64,000 bases of DNA from the human T2T-CHM13v2.0 reference genome, Homo sapiens: the NCBI RefSeq assembly GCF_009914755.1, contig NC_060928.1; one strand, written 5' to 3'. Below are positions 1 to 13,749 of this stretch, piece by piece. Positions within the stretch are counted from its first letter, which is position 1, and every line of letters starts with the position of its first letter. The position numbers and the translations under genes were made by a program. Below the pieces are notes generated by a model. The model was not told the origin of the DNA and did no database searches. It was given only the letters and a program-made list of their open reading frames with translations.

Positions 1-2711
1 GTTTGCTCATTTTCAGACTTCTGGAAGTGGCATTTCCGACATCATTTAATGGTTTACTGAAAATATTTACTTGGAGTATGAGTTTCATCAGACACCTCTT
101 TGTGGTCTTACTCCTTCATTTGTTCTTAAAAATGTGTCAATGTCTTAATAATAGAATTTAAGTGAAAACTTAAACATTATAGCCAACAGAGGTTCTTAAC
201 TGATTGTAAAGTTGTATTGAAGTCAGGGGTGTTTCTTCCTAATTTGGAGTCAGCCAAGTTCAGACTCCAGACGCAGGGAAAATGCAGAACAGGACTATCA
301 GTCTTCTTTGTTCAAAACAGATGACTCTGTAAGTATTTGCCTAGTTAAAAATAACAGCATTCCTTCCCCAAGTCATCAGCTGGACAGTCTAGCCTGCTCA
401 TATTTTTTTAACCCAGTCAGGGGAATACAGGTCAAAAGGCTATGTACTCTGAATTAAATTTTTTTCACAATAGGTTACACCAAAAAATTTGTCTACCTTT
501 GATATTTTTCTTTAATGATTTTCCTTACTTCTCATTGTGGAAAACGTAACAAATTTACCTTAAATGGTTACAAAATACATCACTTTTACAAATTTTTCTT
601 ATTGTTAACAGAAAAGCTAACTAGTTTTCACCAAATTGTTATTCAGCTTTCTTTATGATAGTTTCTACTGATTTCAATAACAACAATCTTGTTTAACGAA
701 TTCAATCTTTTCACGGCTGTTTGCAAAAACTGTTAATTAACAATTAGTGTGTTGTTTCATTTACATAATACCCATTGTAAAATGGGCATGTCCTTTTATT
801 TGATTCAGATAGAAACTTATCACATTATCACTTTTTTTCATTCTCTCCTGCCTACTCTTTATCCCATCTCAAGAATTTCATTTGAGTAAATAAATATATT
901 TGGCATTTTAGGATAATGTATCAGTGGAATATCCCAGACTCCTACCTCTGTCCCATTAATCCATGCTCCCCTATAAGCACCAAAAACAAAAGAGAGAGAA
1001 ACCAAAAAAGTTACATGAATTTGTAAAATAAATGTCAAAGCTCTTTCTTTTAAAATTCAGATATAATTTATTACTATTATAAAAGAGTGATAGTGAAAGA
1101 GTAGTTGGTAGCATGTTTTTGGCTATTAAAGCATTGTAAGTATGGAGGAGATATTTATATTGTAGCTGAGAAGTTTTCAGAGTCATCAAGAAGCCTGCAT
1201 GTGGTGTTTTATATTTTAATAATTCATTAGATATTCTGATTTAATCAGATGTTAAGCTTACCCAACAGTACTTTACAGAGCTCTGGAAAAAAAAATACGT
1301 TGCTACACAATCCACAGCCCTATGGGGTTCCTATTACTTTCCATCTTAATGCCCAGGAGCTGCGATTCAAAAAGCAGCACTGGATGATATATGTCAATGT
1401 GGTTCCTGATCCCACAGATAAAGATTATGTGGTTGGTGCTGCATGTAAATAATCAGCACTGTTGATTGTGATCTTGACAATTTTGCACAGTTTGGGTCCT
1501 GGCTACCTGAGATCATCTTTCTCCCCCGGGTGCTTCACAATAGCCACAAAGGGCAATGGAAGGCTATAAACTTGGTCAAAGACACATGGAGCCACAGGGT
1601 GCTTTGAGGGTCACTGAAGGGCAAGTATGCTTTGTGCACCATTTGTACCCCCTCCTCTGTGATCACTGGTGGTGAACTGGGGCAAACTTCCTCTAATGAT
1701 TCCCCAAAGGAGGATTTTTTTTCCATCAAGTTCATGCCCTTGACCTTCAGATCAGGCAATGAAATCAGAAATGTTCAATAGCAGCAAGGCTAGGAACATT
1801 TATGCTGCTCTAAATAGCCACAACATAGCATCTATCGTATGATTTCTGAGCTAATATTGCTAATATAGAATTTTTAAATTAACTTATTCACTCAATAAAT
1901 TTTTAATTAGGACATAGAGGTGAGATGACCCTCCATCCAAGCAAGAACACAAGTCAGGCTTTCAACTTTCAATAGAAGGTTAAACTGGCCTAGTGCATTC
2001 TGATATCTGAACCATGTGAGTCTCCTTTCAAGCAGTAATGCCAGATATTTGCACTCTAGGATTTTTGCCAGAATTTAATTTGAACAGACTGCTCCATGGA
2101 TTCTGTCAAAATACAACAGGGAGAAGCGATTTTTGAGCACGATGGTTTATCCATTCCTCTCTTTAGGTATTCTAAACTGTCTTCTTTATCAAAATAGATC
2201 TCCAGAAAGCTATTTACTTGGACTACATAGACTTAAACCACTGAAGACCTATCTTCACTGAATTTACATTTTATTGTTATGCATTTAGCAATTCCTTTAA
2301 GAAATATCTACCTGAGAAACATTCCTGCAACCTTATATTGTGGAATGAGGAATTGAAAGTATTAGAAATTAAAGGGAGTTCAGAGACCTTTATTTCAGGA
2401 TCAGCAATATCCTCAAGCTGCCTGGGTAATATCTTTAAAATTCAGCTCTCAGATTAATAAGAGAACAAAGTACCTACATTAAGTAATGATTAAAGTAAAT
2501 GAGGTAACATAGAGTTCTGACACAAAGTAGATGCTTAAAAGAGTTGAATCTACATTTTGTATGAAATCTGTTGCTACTATGTTATTCTCAGTTCTTCAAA
2601 TAAGAAACCAACACCAAGAAAATATTTGTTTTGTTTTTTTTAAGAATCATTACACTTCTTTCTTAAAAATAAAGAGAAGTGTCCACATTATGTATTTTTA
2701 GACTTGGCTGA

Positions 2712-3024
<313 letters not shown>

Positions 3025-3268
3025 GGTATAGCTAAAGTTAATACTTTAACAATGATATTTACCTTGTTGTTTTCCATTGTTCCACATGGTCTTTTAAATT
3101 TCTATTTCTTATTTCATCACCCTATCATGGCTTTAAAGGTTCAGGAAATATTCAGCTAGATTTAAATCAGCTCCCTCTGTCTTTTCCCACAGTGGCTTTT
3201 CTATATCTTCATCACTGTCCCCAAGACAACACTATGCTCTACACCACTCAAAAAAATGGCCATAAATC

Positions 3269-3675
3269 TGTACTCGATTCTTAGGGCTGCTATAACAAGG
3301 TAGCTTAAACTGGATGGCTTAAAACAACAGAATTTTATTGTCTCATGGTTCTAGAGGCTGGAAGTCTGAGAACAAGATAGCCACAGGCATGCTCCCTGAG
3401 AGACTGTGTGGAATCCTGTCTCACCTCTTCCTAGTTCCTGGTGGTGGCCGTCAATCCTTGGCATTCCTTGGCTTCCAGCTGCATGACTCCAGTCCCTGCC
3501 TCTATCATCACATGGCATTTTCCTCTTTTTATAAGGTTGTATTGGATTAGGTCCCACCGAAATGACCTTATGAAGTTACACCTAGACCCTATGTCTAAAT
3601 TAGGTCACATTCATAGTTACCAGAAGTTTAGACTTTTATCAAATCTTTTTGGGGAACACAATTCAATCCATAACA
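3269..3675 (-). mobile_element. MLT1 (MLT1C-like) MaLR solo LTR
   Basis: TG...CA ends; motifs gggctgctataaca, ggcttaaaacaacagaa, ttctagaggctggaagtc, acacaattcaatccataaca. Confidence 0.8.
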
Positions 3676-4129
3676 GCTTCCCACTTCTAGGAGAAAACTG
3701 AGCCCAAGTATTAATTGCTTCCAAATGTCTTCATAATATGTTCACAATTATCCATTGTGACCCTAATTCTTATGCACTTCCCTGAGCATCAGGAGGCAGC
3801 TCTCTCCTCTTTCCCAGGGCTGCACCTTCCAGCTGACCTCTACGTTCCCCCCCCTCCCTGCTTCTCCAGTTACCCCTCACTCCATCTCTCTCAGAACTTC
3901 ACTTCTCTTCCTTTTGAATTCCTTTACTCTAGAATAGATTCAAGTCTTCCCCATCTATTTAAAAAAAAAAAAAACCTTTATTTTGAATTTATTTGCTATT
4001 TTGAATCTACTTTTGCTATTATTAAGTTGTTCTCCTTCCCTTTGGAATCCAAACTTATAGAAAACTTATGGGACCAAAACATACAGAACTCTCCATTTCT
4101 GCATTCTTGCTACACGTCCATTCCACAAG

Positions 4130-5340
4130 GAATCATTGAGTGAAAAGGCACTGCTTGACCCTGACACTGGAGCCACAGAGGTGAGGCGGGTGACACAGCT
4201 CCTGATTTCAAGAAGAGAAAACAGATATTAGACAATACCTTCGCTTCTCAGTAGAAAAGAAGCTCCAGAGCTGTGAGAGTGCATAAGAAGACAAGACTAG
4301 ACTGGGAAATTGGAGGATTCCCTGCAGACGATGTGACATAAACTAATAGGCAAAGAGTTCCTAAGTATTAACTACACAAAGGGGAAGTGGGGAAAATGTT
4401 CCAAGCTAAATGATTAATGGATGGGAAGTCCCTGAAGTAGAAGGAAATGTGTTTTCAAGGAACTGGAAGAGGGCTGGTGTGACTTTACTGTAGAGACTCA
4501 GGGGGAAATGGTACAAAATGATGTTTGTGGGACACCCAGTGAGCCACACTGAGGATTTGTTCTTTACTTTTAGGGTGGTAGGAAAATGACTTTAAGCAGG
4601 GATGGGACCTGATCACACTGCTTTTAAAAGGATCTCTTGGCTGGGCGCAGTGGCTCATGCCTGTAATCCCAACACTTGAGGAGGCCGAGGTGAGTGGATC
4701 ACTTGAGGTCAGGAGTTTAAGACCAGGCTGACCAACATGGTGAAACCCTGTCTCTACTAAAAATACAAAATTAGCCAGGCGTGGTGGCATGTGCCTGGAA
4801 TCTCAGCTACTTGGGAGGCTGAGGCAGGAGGATCACTTGAATTCAGGAGGCGAAGGTTGCAGTGAGCCAGGATTGTACCATTGTATTCTGGGCTGGGCGA
4901 CAAGAATGAAACTCTGTGTGGAAAAAAAAAAAAAAAAAGATCTCTCTGGCCGTTAAGTAGAGAATAAATTAGGAGAGAGGAGGACAGATGGGAAAGAACA
5001 GTTAAGACACTGTTATAGGAGTCCAGCAGAGAGACTCTATAACTGCATTCTAGGGATGACAGTGGAAATAGAGTCCTGGGCATGTTGAAGACATATTAAG
5101 AAGATAGAATCAATGTGACTTAGTAATTGGTTAGCTATCTGGGGTGAAGGATAACCACATGTCCAGCCTGACCCCCAGGTTTCTGGCTTGACAGTTGGAT
5201 AAATGACAGTGTCATCCCCAAGACAGGAAACACTGATTTCAGTGGTAGGGTGTCAGAATCAGGAAAGCGATGAGTTCCAATTAGAATATGTTGACTTGAG
5301 GTAGCCATGAGATCAAGTGGAATTGCTAAGCAGGCAATCC
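4130..5340 (-). mobile_element. Degraded L2 fragments, interrupted by an Alu
   Basis: L2-like antisense motifs (gactttaagcagggatgggacctgatcac, gacccccaggtttctggcttg); boundaries approximate. Confidence 0.55.
4639..4938 (+). mobile_element. AluS element
   Basis: ggctgggcgcagtggctca start, central A-linker, poly-A tail, approximate TSD aaaa(g)gatctct. Confidence 0.96.
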
Positions 5341-5399
5341 TCAACTTTAGCAAAACTGCTTAATCCTGCCAATAACCGGCCATTTGCTGAGTGTAATAT

Positions 5400-5905
5400 T
5401 CAGCTCATTTGAACTCTGCAGCATTTGACACTATTAGTCATTCCTTTCTTGAAGCAAGAGCTCTTAATCTTTGATTTCTATTTAAAACAGTGTTCTCCTC
5501 CAGTTCTCTTCCTTCTCTGGCTTGTCTTCCTCTGCCTAACCTTAAAAGATCTGACTTTCAAATAGGACCTGAAATGAATAAACCTCAATTCTCCAGTCCC
5601 AACATCCCTCAAGACATACATATGAGATTCCTCTACTTAGATTTTCCACAGGTAGCTCAGATTCAATAAGCCCAGCCCAAATTAATGTCTACCTCTCCTC
5701 TCTCACCAAATTATTTCTTCTCCCGAATATGCTTCCTCATTTTATAGCGTCACAAGACAAACGAGGAGGATGAGGAGTCATCAGGCACTCCCTCACCACC
5801 AAAATTCAATCTAATTCTTATATTAAATAATTCTACCCAGGAAAGTCCCTGCCCCACTCTTTCACCACCTGTTCTCTCACTTCTTGCATGGGCTATGGCA
5901 ATCCT
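5400..5905 (+). mobile_element. Degraded L2 fragment
   Basis: gcagcatttgacactattagtcattcctttcttgaa and other L2-like motifs; boundaries approximate. Confidence 0.45.
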
Positions 5906-5914
5906 GGTCTAACA

Positions 5915-6241
5915 GAAGGACTGGTGACCTTTTTCTGTAAAGGGTCAGACAGCAAACATTTTAGGCTTTGAGAGCCATCCTGTTCCTGTGATTATTCAAC
6001 TCCCCGGTTGCAGAGCTAAAGCAGTAATGGACAGGGAATGGGCATGGCTGTAATCCAACAACAAGACTTAATATATAGACATAGAGATTGAATTTCATAT
6101 AATTTTTACATGGCATGAAATAGTTTTCTTCTTTTTTAATCCCCCCACTTAAAAATGCAAGCACCGTTCTTAGTTCACAGGCTGTACCACAACAGACAGC
6201 AGGCAAGGTTTGTCCTTCAGGTCATCCTTTACTAAACCCTG
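5915..6241 (+). mobile_element. MER58B-like hAT-Charlie DNA transposon
   Basis: ttttctgtaaagggtcagacagcaaacattttaggcttt...aaaccctg; 8-bp TSD gtctaaca/gtctaacg. Confidence 0.75.
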
Positions 6242-7283
6242 GTCTAACGGCGCTCTCTCCCTCCACATGGCAGCCAGAGAGCAAGTCTGAAGTATGGAAC
6301 TCACCTTCTAAAAAACCTGACTCCTTCCTTTGTGAATACACTTATGAGACCGAAACACACATCTCTTCCACCAGGTGGCCCCAAACTTATTTTCTAAATT
6401 CATTCCGTACTACCTTTCTCCCTGCATACAATGTTCCCAGACTCCAAGCATTCTAAACTGCTGGCTGTTCCCTGAGCGCTCATGCTCTGTGCCTTTTTAG
6501 TTGGCTCCAAGCTCATTCACATTAGACCCAAGCTAACCTAGTCTGGTGCTTTTTGGTAGCTAATGATAGCCCCAGAAAACATTTGAAGTAGGTGAGAGTT
6601 ACCTACTACCCCACAACCTGGCTTCTTGGTTATAATTAAAGTAAGACTCATACCAAATTCTTCCACAACAGACATTAATTAGCAAGCAGACATAAGAGTG
6701 AAACAGCATATTTAACTTGAACTTCAGTGCAGTTTGAGATTTTGTCCATAATACCTCACCAGAGGCAAATGAAACAACATTCTGGTAGCAGGATTCAGCT
6801 AACTGAATATATTGTGTATACTGAATATACTGTATTTACTCCAATTCTGGCAACCAAGAATCAGAGAATAAGCCCTTACACCCAGAACTGATTGAGGGTT
6901 ACATCTGATATGCCATTCTTAAGAGTAAGAGACAGAGACCTTGCTAAATTTCTATACCTAATCATGCAAGATAGGAGTGTCTCAAAAATATATTCACCAA
7001 ACTACATACCTTGAACACCACTAATATAACTACTGAAAGCCCATTTCTAATATCTTGAATGGCTAATTAGTGACTAATTAGCTAGCCACTAATTTCACCA
7101 ATGAAAGTCGATATAACTAGCATGAAACTAATAATATACATGTATTTTAAGCCTATAGTAATGAAGAGAGATTAAAAATAGCTAAAGCTTTTTCTCTATA
7201 CCCTTAGAGTATAGGCTTGTGACTAAATGGCAGTGTACATGCCCCTTAGGTGTGCATAATCCAAATTAGGGGTCACCAGTTGA

Positions 7284-7655
<372 letters not shown>

Positions 7656-7854
7656 TGAATGTTCTTCTCCTACTTCTTTACCTAGAGAAAGTCTATTACC
7701 TTTGTGTGTGTGTATGTGTGTGTTTGCATGTGTGTTGATTAGTACATTTTTAAAAATTTAATCATCTTTTAAGACCCAGTTAAAAGTTGCCTATTATTTT
7801 AATAAATTCCCAACAACTTCTGTACATTACTTGCGGCCTAAGAGTAATAAACTT

Positions 7855-7960
7855 ATTTTTAACCATTTCATAGATAAAGAAACTGAGGCTCAGGAAGTTT
7901 AAGTGGTTACCCCAGGTTAGGTGACAGAGCCAGAATTTAAACCCAGGATGGTCATACTAG
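7855..7960 (-). mobile_element. MIR SINE fragment
   Basis: Core ccatttcatagataaagaaactgaggctcag...gagccagaatttaaacccagg. Confidence 0.75.
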
Positions 7961-9864
7961 ATCCTATTAGTGAACTTATGGGGAAATGCTGAACAAAACA
8001 AAAAAGACCTAATAAGTTCAATTTAAGACCTACCTTAAGAAACCGTGCTATACTTTGTATGACTCTTTACTTGAGGATGATTAAACTGGGATAAAATATA
8101 AAGAATAATAAAAGTGTCTGACATGCCTACCTCAAAGCTATTCGGTTTTATTCCATAGGTTTGAGATGAAACTCGCAGTATTTTGTGTATTTTTAATTAG
8201 GTATATACCAAAATTCAGTAAAGCCCTTTTCCTGCAATAATCAAAAGACTCTGGTCTCTTACTACTTAAAATTAATACATTGATGACTTATATTAAGTAG
8301 CCTGGCATATATTGGGTACTTGATAAATATTTATTACATAGATGAGCTACATTGGTTTACCATCCATTTTAAAATCTGACTCAAAGCCAGGCTACCAGAT
8401 GTAGATTCTAGCCAATGCTCAAGGAAATAATGTCTTGATATACATCTTATCATATTACTAGGGTAATGTGAAGATTCCCTCTTAGATACACTTAGTCAAC
8501 AGTTATTGAACCCTCATAGGCACTGAGAAACAATGTAATTTTCCCACACAAGGCATCTATTTGGAGCATATAACTTATACATTTGGTTATTTAGATTTCT
8601 CAGGCACGCCATCCACATTCAGTGTAAGATAGAGGTGATCTGAAAAACCTACCATCATCTATTTAGTCATCTGGACAAAGTGAGTCAGGGCAGTTATAAA
8701 ATGTCAGAATTCCCAGCCAGTATAGTAAAGCACAATCCAAGTTCACTTATGGCAAAAGGATTAGGACATCAGCATTTAAAGTAATTCTCTCCAGCTCATA
8801 AATAAGCTCAAGGATGTATGCCCTTAACAAAAGACTCCAGAGCTCCTTACGCAGTGACCTAATGTAGGGCATGGGATTATCCTTATAAAAGGATCACCAA
8901 AGAGGCATGTGATAAATACAAAATTAAAAGCGTGAATACAGAAGTGATTGTAGAACTTCTTGGCCCTGCTGATAACAGCAAGGATTTCTTTGTTGGCCTT
9001 ATGTTCTATGGATGACACTGGTTTTGATTAGGAAGCAATTGAGAACTCAATGCCTCTCACATTTTGTGCCTTAGTACTTCTCTATCTCTGCTGGGAGAGC
9101 AGCAGTAATAAGAAACAGGTTCATGCTCATCATAATGTACCATTTCTGACTCAGAAATGAATACTAACTTGAGACTATGAACAATGCTCTTCTACTGGAA
9201 GCCCAACACCACAGAGGGTCTTTCTAGAACGTGTGACAAAAATGACACATTTTGAAGAAGAAGAAAAAAATGTTAGAAACCAAATAATCCTAGAAGCTTG
9301 GAAGTGTTTCTTTTTTTACAAAGAACATCATGGGTTTTCCATGTTCTATCTTCAGTAGGATGATGACCAGGGTCATTTTTATAGTTGCCTAAGAAATATA
9401 TTTTTCCTCTATCACTATATTGAAATAAAAACTTTCTGTAAGTTCACTTTCTGCTATTACCATGTTAATATCACAAACAACATTAGATATAATTCTTGGA
9501 ATTCTAGAAACTGTAATCTGATTTTTTAACAAATAGGATATTCCAGGCACTATGGAAATTTCTGATACTTGACTCCAAAAGCTCCTTAATAAACAACTTG
9601 TTAACTTCAGTGTCAATGTTGAGGGGAAACTGTTGATAAGCTATTAAGGTTAAGTTTTGCAAGGGCTTCCACCTTAAGAGAGAAAAAATAATCAGAATTT
9701 CATTGAGAGTAGCCTCTATGCAGAGGTACTACTTAAGTGCCTTATTCAATTACAGTCTCAGTTCATGTGACTTTGGTACAAGCATAGTTGATATAGCACC
9801 CCCAGGCTTGTGAAAGTGAATTGAAAACATATGTCCAGATGTTGGGGATATTATCTTGTACATG

Positions 9865-10005
9865 ATACTTAACTTTTCTATACCTCAGTTTCTTTAACTA
9901 TAAAAACAGGGGTAATAATAGCACTACAACTTAGAGCTAGTGTGAGAAATAAATTAACTGATCCCTGCAAAGTGCTTGGAAGAGTTCCTGGCACATAATA
10001 AATGT
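9865..10005 (+). mobile_element. MIR SINE fragment
   Basis: acttaacttttctatacctcagtttc...aaagtgcttgg...cctggcacataataa. Confidence 0.7.
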
Positions 10006-10149
10006 ATCACTTTTTAAAACATTTTTTTTCTGACTTTCAAGTGAAGTCCCTCTAATTCTTGAGAGAAACTGCTTTTAAGTTTCTCATTCTCGGAAAACAT
10101 GCTGACAACTTCATGTCATTAAAGATATCCTCAAAACCGAAATACATGA

Positions 10150-12800
10150 AGTATTAGCCTGTGTTCACACTGCTACAAAGAACTGCCTGAGACTGGGTAA
10201 TTTATAAAGAAAAGAGGTTTAATTGACTCATAGTTCCCCATGGCTGGGAGGCCTCAGGAAACTTACAATCATGGCGGAAGGCGAACGGGAAGCAAAGACC
10301 TTCTTCGTATTGTGGCTGGAAAGAGAGAGCTAGCAAGAACGGGGAAAACTGTCTCATAAAACCGTCAGATCTCTTGAGAACTCACTCACTATCACGAGAA
10401 CAGCATGGCAGAAACTGTTCCCATGATCCAGTCACCTCCCACCAGGTCTCTCCCTCAACACCTGGGGATTACAATTCAGGATGAGATTTGGGTTGGGGAC
10501 ACAGCCAAACCATATCATTCCATCCCTGGCCCCTCCCAAATCTCATGTCCTTTATACATTTCAAAACACAATCATGCCTTCCCAACCATCCCCCAAAGTC
10601 TTAACTCATTCCAGCATTAACCCAAAAGTTCGAGTCCAAAGTTGCATCTGAGACAAAGCAAGTCCCTCCCACCTAGGAGCCTGTAATATCAAAAGCAAGT
10701 TAGTTACTTCTAAGATACAATGGGGTTTGCGGGCATTGGATAAATGTGCTCATTCCAAATGGGAGGAATTGGCCAAAACAAAGGGGCTACAGCCCCCATG
10801 TAAGTCCAAAATCCAGCTGGGCAGTCATTAAATCTTAGAGCTCCAAAGAGCTCTTACTCTCCTTTGACTCCATGTCTCACATCAAGGGCACACTGATGCA
10901 AAGGGCTGGCTTCCACAGCCTTGGGCAGCTCCACCCCTGTGGCTTTGAAGGTAACAACCCCACACCCCTTCCCTGGCCACTTTCACAGCTGGCAAGTGTC
11001 TGCGGCCTTTCCAGGCACACAGTGCAAGCTGTCAGTGGATCTACCATTCTGGGGTCTGGAAGACAGTGACCCTCTTCTCACAGCTCCATGAGGCAGTGTC
11101 CCAGTAGAGACTCTGTGTGGGAGCTCCACCCCACATTTCCCTTTGGCCCTGCCCTAGCAGGGGTTCTCCATGAGGGTCCTGCCCCTGCAGCAGACCTCTG
11201 CCGGGACATCCGGGCATTTCCATACATCCTCTGAAATCTAGGTGGAGGTTCCCAAATCTCAGGTCTTCTCTTCTGCACACCCACAGGCACAACACCACAT
11301 GGAAGCTAACAAGACTTGGGGCTTGCACCCTCTGAAGTAATGGCCTGAGCTGTACGTTGGCCCCTTTTAGCCATGGCTGAGATGCCAGGCACCAAGTCTC
11401 AAGACTGCACAAAGCAGCAAGTCCCTGGGCCAAGCCCACAAAAACCATTTTTTCCTCATAGGCCTCCAGGCCTCTGAGGGGCAACCATGGGAGAGGCAAC
11501 CATGAAGGCCTCTGACATGCCCTGGAGATATTTTCCCCATTGTCTTGGAGATTAACATTTGGCTCCTCATTACTTATGCAAATTTCTGCAGCTGGCTTGA
11601 ATTTCTCCCCTGAAATAGAGTTTTTCTTTTCTACCACATTGTCAAGCTGCAAATTTTCCAAACTTTTATTCTCTGCTTCCCTTTTAAACATAGGTTTCAA
11701 TTTCAGATCATCTCTCTTAAGTTCAAAGTTCCACAGATCTCTAGAGCAGGGGCAAAATGCCACCAATCTCTCTGCTAAGGCATACAATGAGTGACCTTTG
11801 CTCCAGTTCCAAATGAGTCCCTCATCTCCATCTGAGATCACCCCAGCCTGGACTTCATTGTCCATATCACTATCAACATTTTGGTCAAAGCCATTCAACA
11901 AGTCTCTAGGAAGTTCCAAACTTTCCTACATCTTCCTGTCTTCTTCTGAGACCTTCAAACTGTTCCAACCTCTGCCTGTTACTCAGTTTCAAAGTTGCTT
12001 CCACATTTTGGGTATCTTTATAGCAGTACCCCACTCTGTGTGGTACCAATTATTGTATTAATCTGTTTTTACACCGCTGTAAAGAACTGCTGGAGCCTGG
12101 GTAATTTATAAAAGAAAGAGGTTTAATTGACTCACAGTTCCTCATGGCTGGGGAGGCCTCAAGAAACTTACAATCATGGCAGAAGGCAAAGGGGAAGCAA
12201 AGACCTTCTTCCCATGCACAGGAAAGTGAGAGCTAGCAAGAGCAGGATGCATTAGTTCCTTTTCACGCTGCTGATAAAGACATACCCGAGACTGGACAAT
12301 TTACAAAATAAAGAGGTTAATTTGGACTTATAGGCTGGGGAAGCCTCATAATCATGGCAGAAGGCAAGGAGGAGCAAGTCCTGTCTTATGTGGATGGCAG
12401 CAGGCAAAGAGAGAATGAGGAAGATGCAAAAGCAGAAACCCCTGATAAAACCACCAGATCTCCTGAGTCTTACTCACTACCACAAGAACAGTATGGAGGA
12501 AGCCACCCTTGTGGCTGAATTATCTCTCACCAGGTCCCTCCCACAACACATGAGAATTATGGGAGTACAATTCAAGATGAGATTTGGGTGGGGACACAGA
12601 GCCAAACAATATCACAGGGAAAACTGCCTTATAAAACCATCAGATCTCCTGAGAACTCACTCACTATCACAAGAACAGCATGGGGGAAACCTCACCCATG
12701 ATCCAATCACCTCGCACCGGGTCCCTCCCTCAACAGGTGGGGATTATAGAGATTACAATTCAGGATGAGATTTGGGTAGAGACACAGCCAAACCATGTTA
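10150..12800 (-). mobile_element. Full-length THE1D-like MaLR element: 3' LTR 10150-10517, internal 10518-12053, 5' LTR 12054-12800 (interrupted)
   Basis: Two similar antisense LTRs ending in aaccatatca/aaccatgtta; internal region encodes the typical MaLR peptide (LPRDLLNGFDQN...AFCPC.RDLWNFEL); 5-bp flanks catga/cacaa. Confidence 0.93.
12248..12614 (-). mobile_element. THE1A/B-type solo LTR nested inside the 5' LTR of the THE1D-like element
   Basis: tgcattagt...gccaaacaatatca; 5-bp TSD cagga/caggg; host LTR sequence resumes seamlessly at 12615. Confidence 0.88.
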
Positions 12801-13307
12801 CACAAAAAGATAATGCAATTTTCCAAAATAAAATGATGCATTTATCAGTTTGATGATTCCATTTGTGAAATTTAAATCTTTGAAGAATGACTGGAGGTGT
12901 TGTAAGAGCTACCCATCAATTATCTCACAAAGGGATTTCTACAGTTCTGTTCTACTTATTTTAAGCAAAGTTGGAGTAGTGATGGACCTTATTAGCCTTG
13001 AAATTTGCACACAAAGAGTGCCAATGGCATAACAGATTTCTGTCTTTCGTTCTCTATTTGGTTTATTTTGGTGAAAAAATGAAAGTTTTTATTCTACCAA
13101 CCACAGGAGATAGCTGATCAACTTAAAACCTGTAATATGCTACCAAGACAATCATTTATGTTTTTCACATAAGTAACGTGTATTCAGTATAGAAATTTTA
13201 AAAATATTTCCCATATCAATGTAAAATATAATTGTCTTAAGCCAAAACACACAGAAAGGTTCACTGTTAATATTTTGATGTGTAAAATTCCAGTCTTCAT
13301 ACCTGCC

Positions 13308-13348
13308 ATGTATATATACATACATACACATGCATGCACACACACACA
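13308..13348. repeat. Mixed (TA)/(CA) microsatellite
   Basis: atgtatatatacatacatacacatgcatgcacacacacaca. Confidence 0.8.
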
Positions 13349-13749
13349 AACAAAATTGAGATTATACATGGCATACTATTTGATAATATACTCTCTTTAC
13401 TTAATCTATCATGAGTCTTTTCCCACTCAGAGTGGGTGTCATAAACAGACAAATCTTCAGAGAAAGTAATAAGAGGTGATCATGTCAAAGAAGTCGTAGG
13501 TTGTGGGGACTCTCTCAAGGGACTGGCAGGAATGGTCAGAGGAAGGCAGGACCTTGGGCAGGATGAGCAGAGATAGAAGACAAGATTGCAAGATAGAGCG
13601 AGAATCAGACATTGGGAAATAAGACAGGGACCCGATAACTGAAAATGGAACACAAAGTCAAGACTTGGCAAATCAAAACAAAGAACAAATACACAAACAA
13701 AAAAAAAAAGAGTGCAGTTATTAATTAGACTTGAGACTAGTAACAAGAT

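Noticed and set aside
784-793. p53 half-sites (GGGCATGTCC here; also GAGCATGTTC ~49433 and GGGCATGTTC ~57670)
   Set aside because: Isolated decamers without an adjacent second half-site; expected by chance in 64 kb.
1249-1759. ORFs 1249-1452 (+) and 1535-1759 (-) as coding exons
   Set aside because: Short, no recognisable family or domain, and no consistent splice structure.
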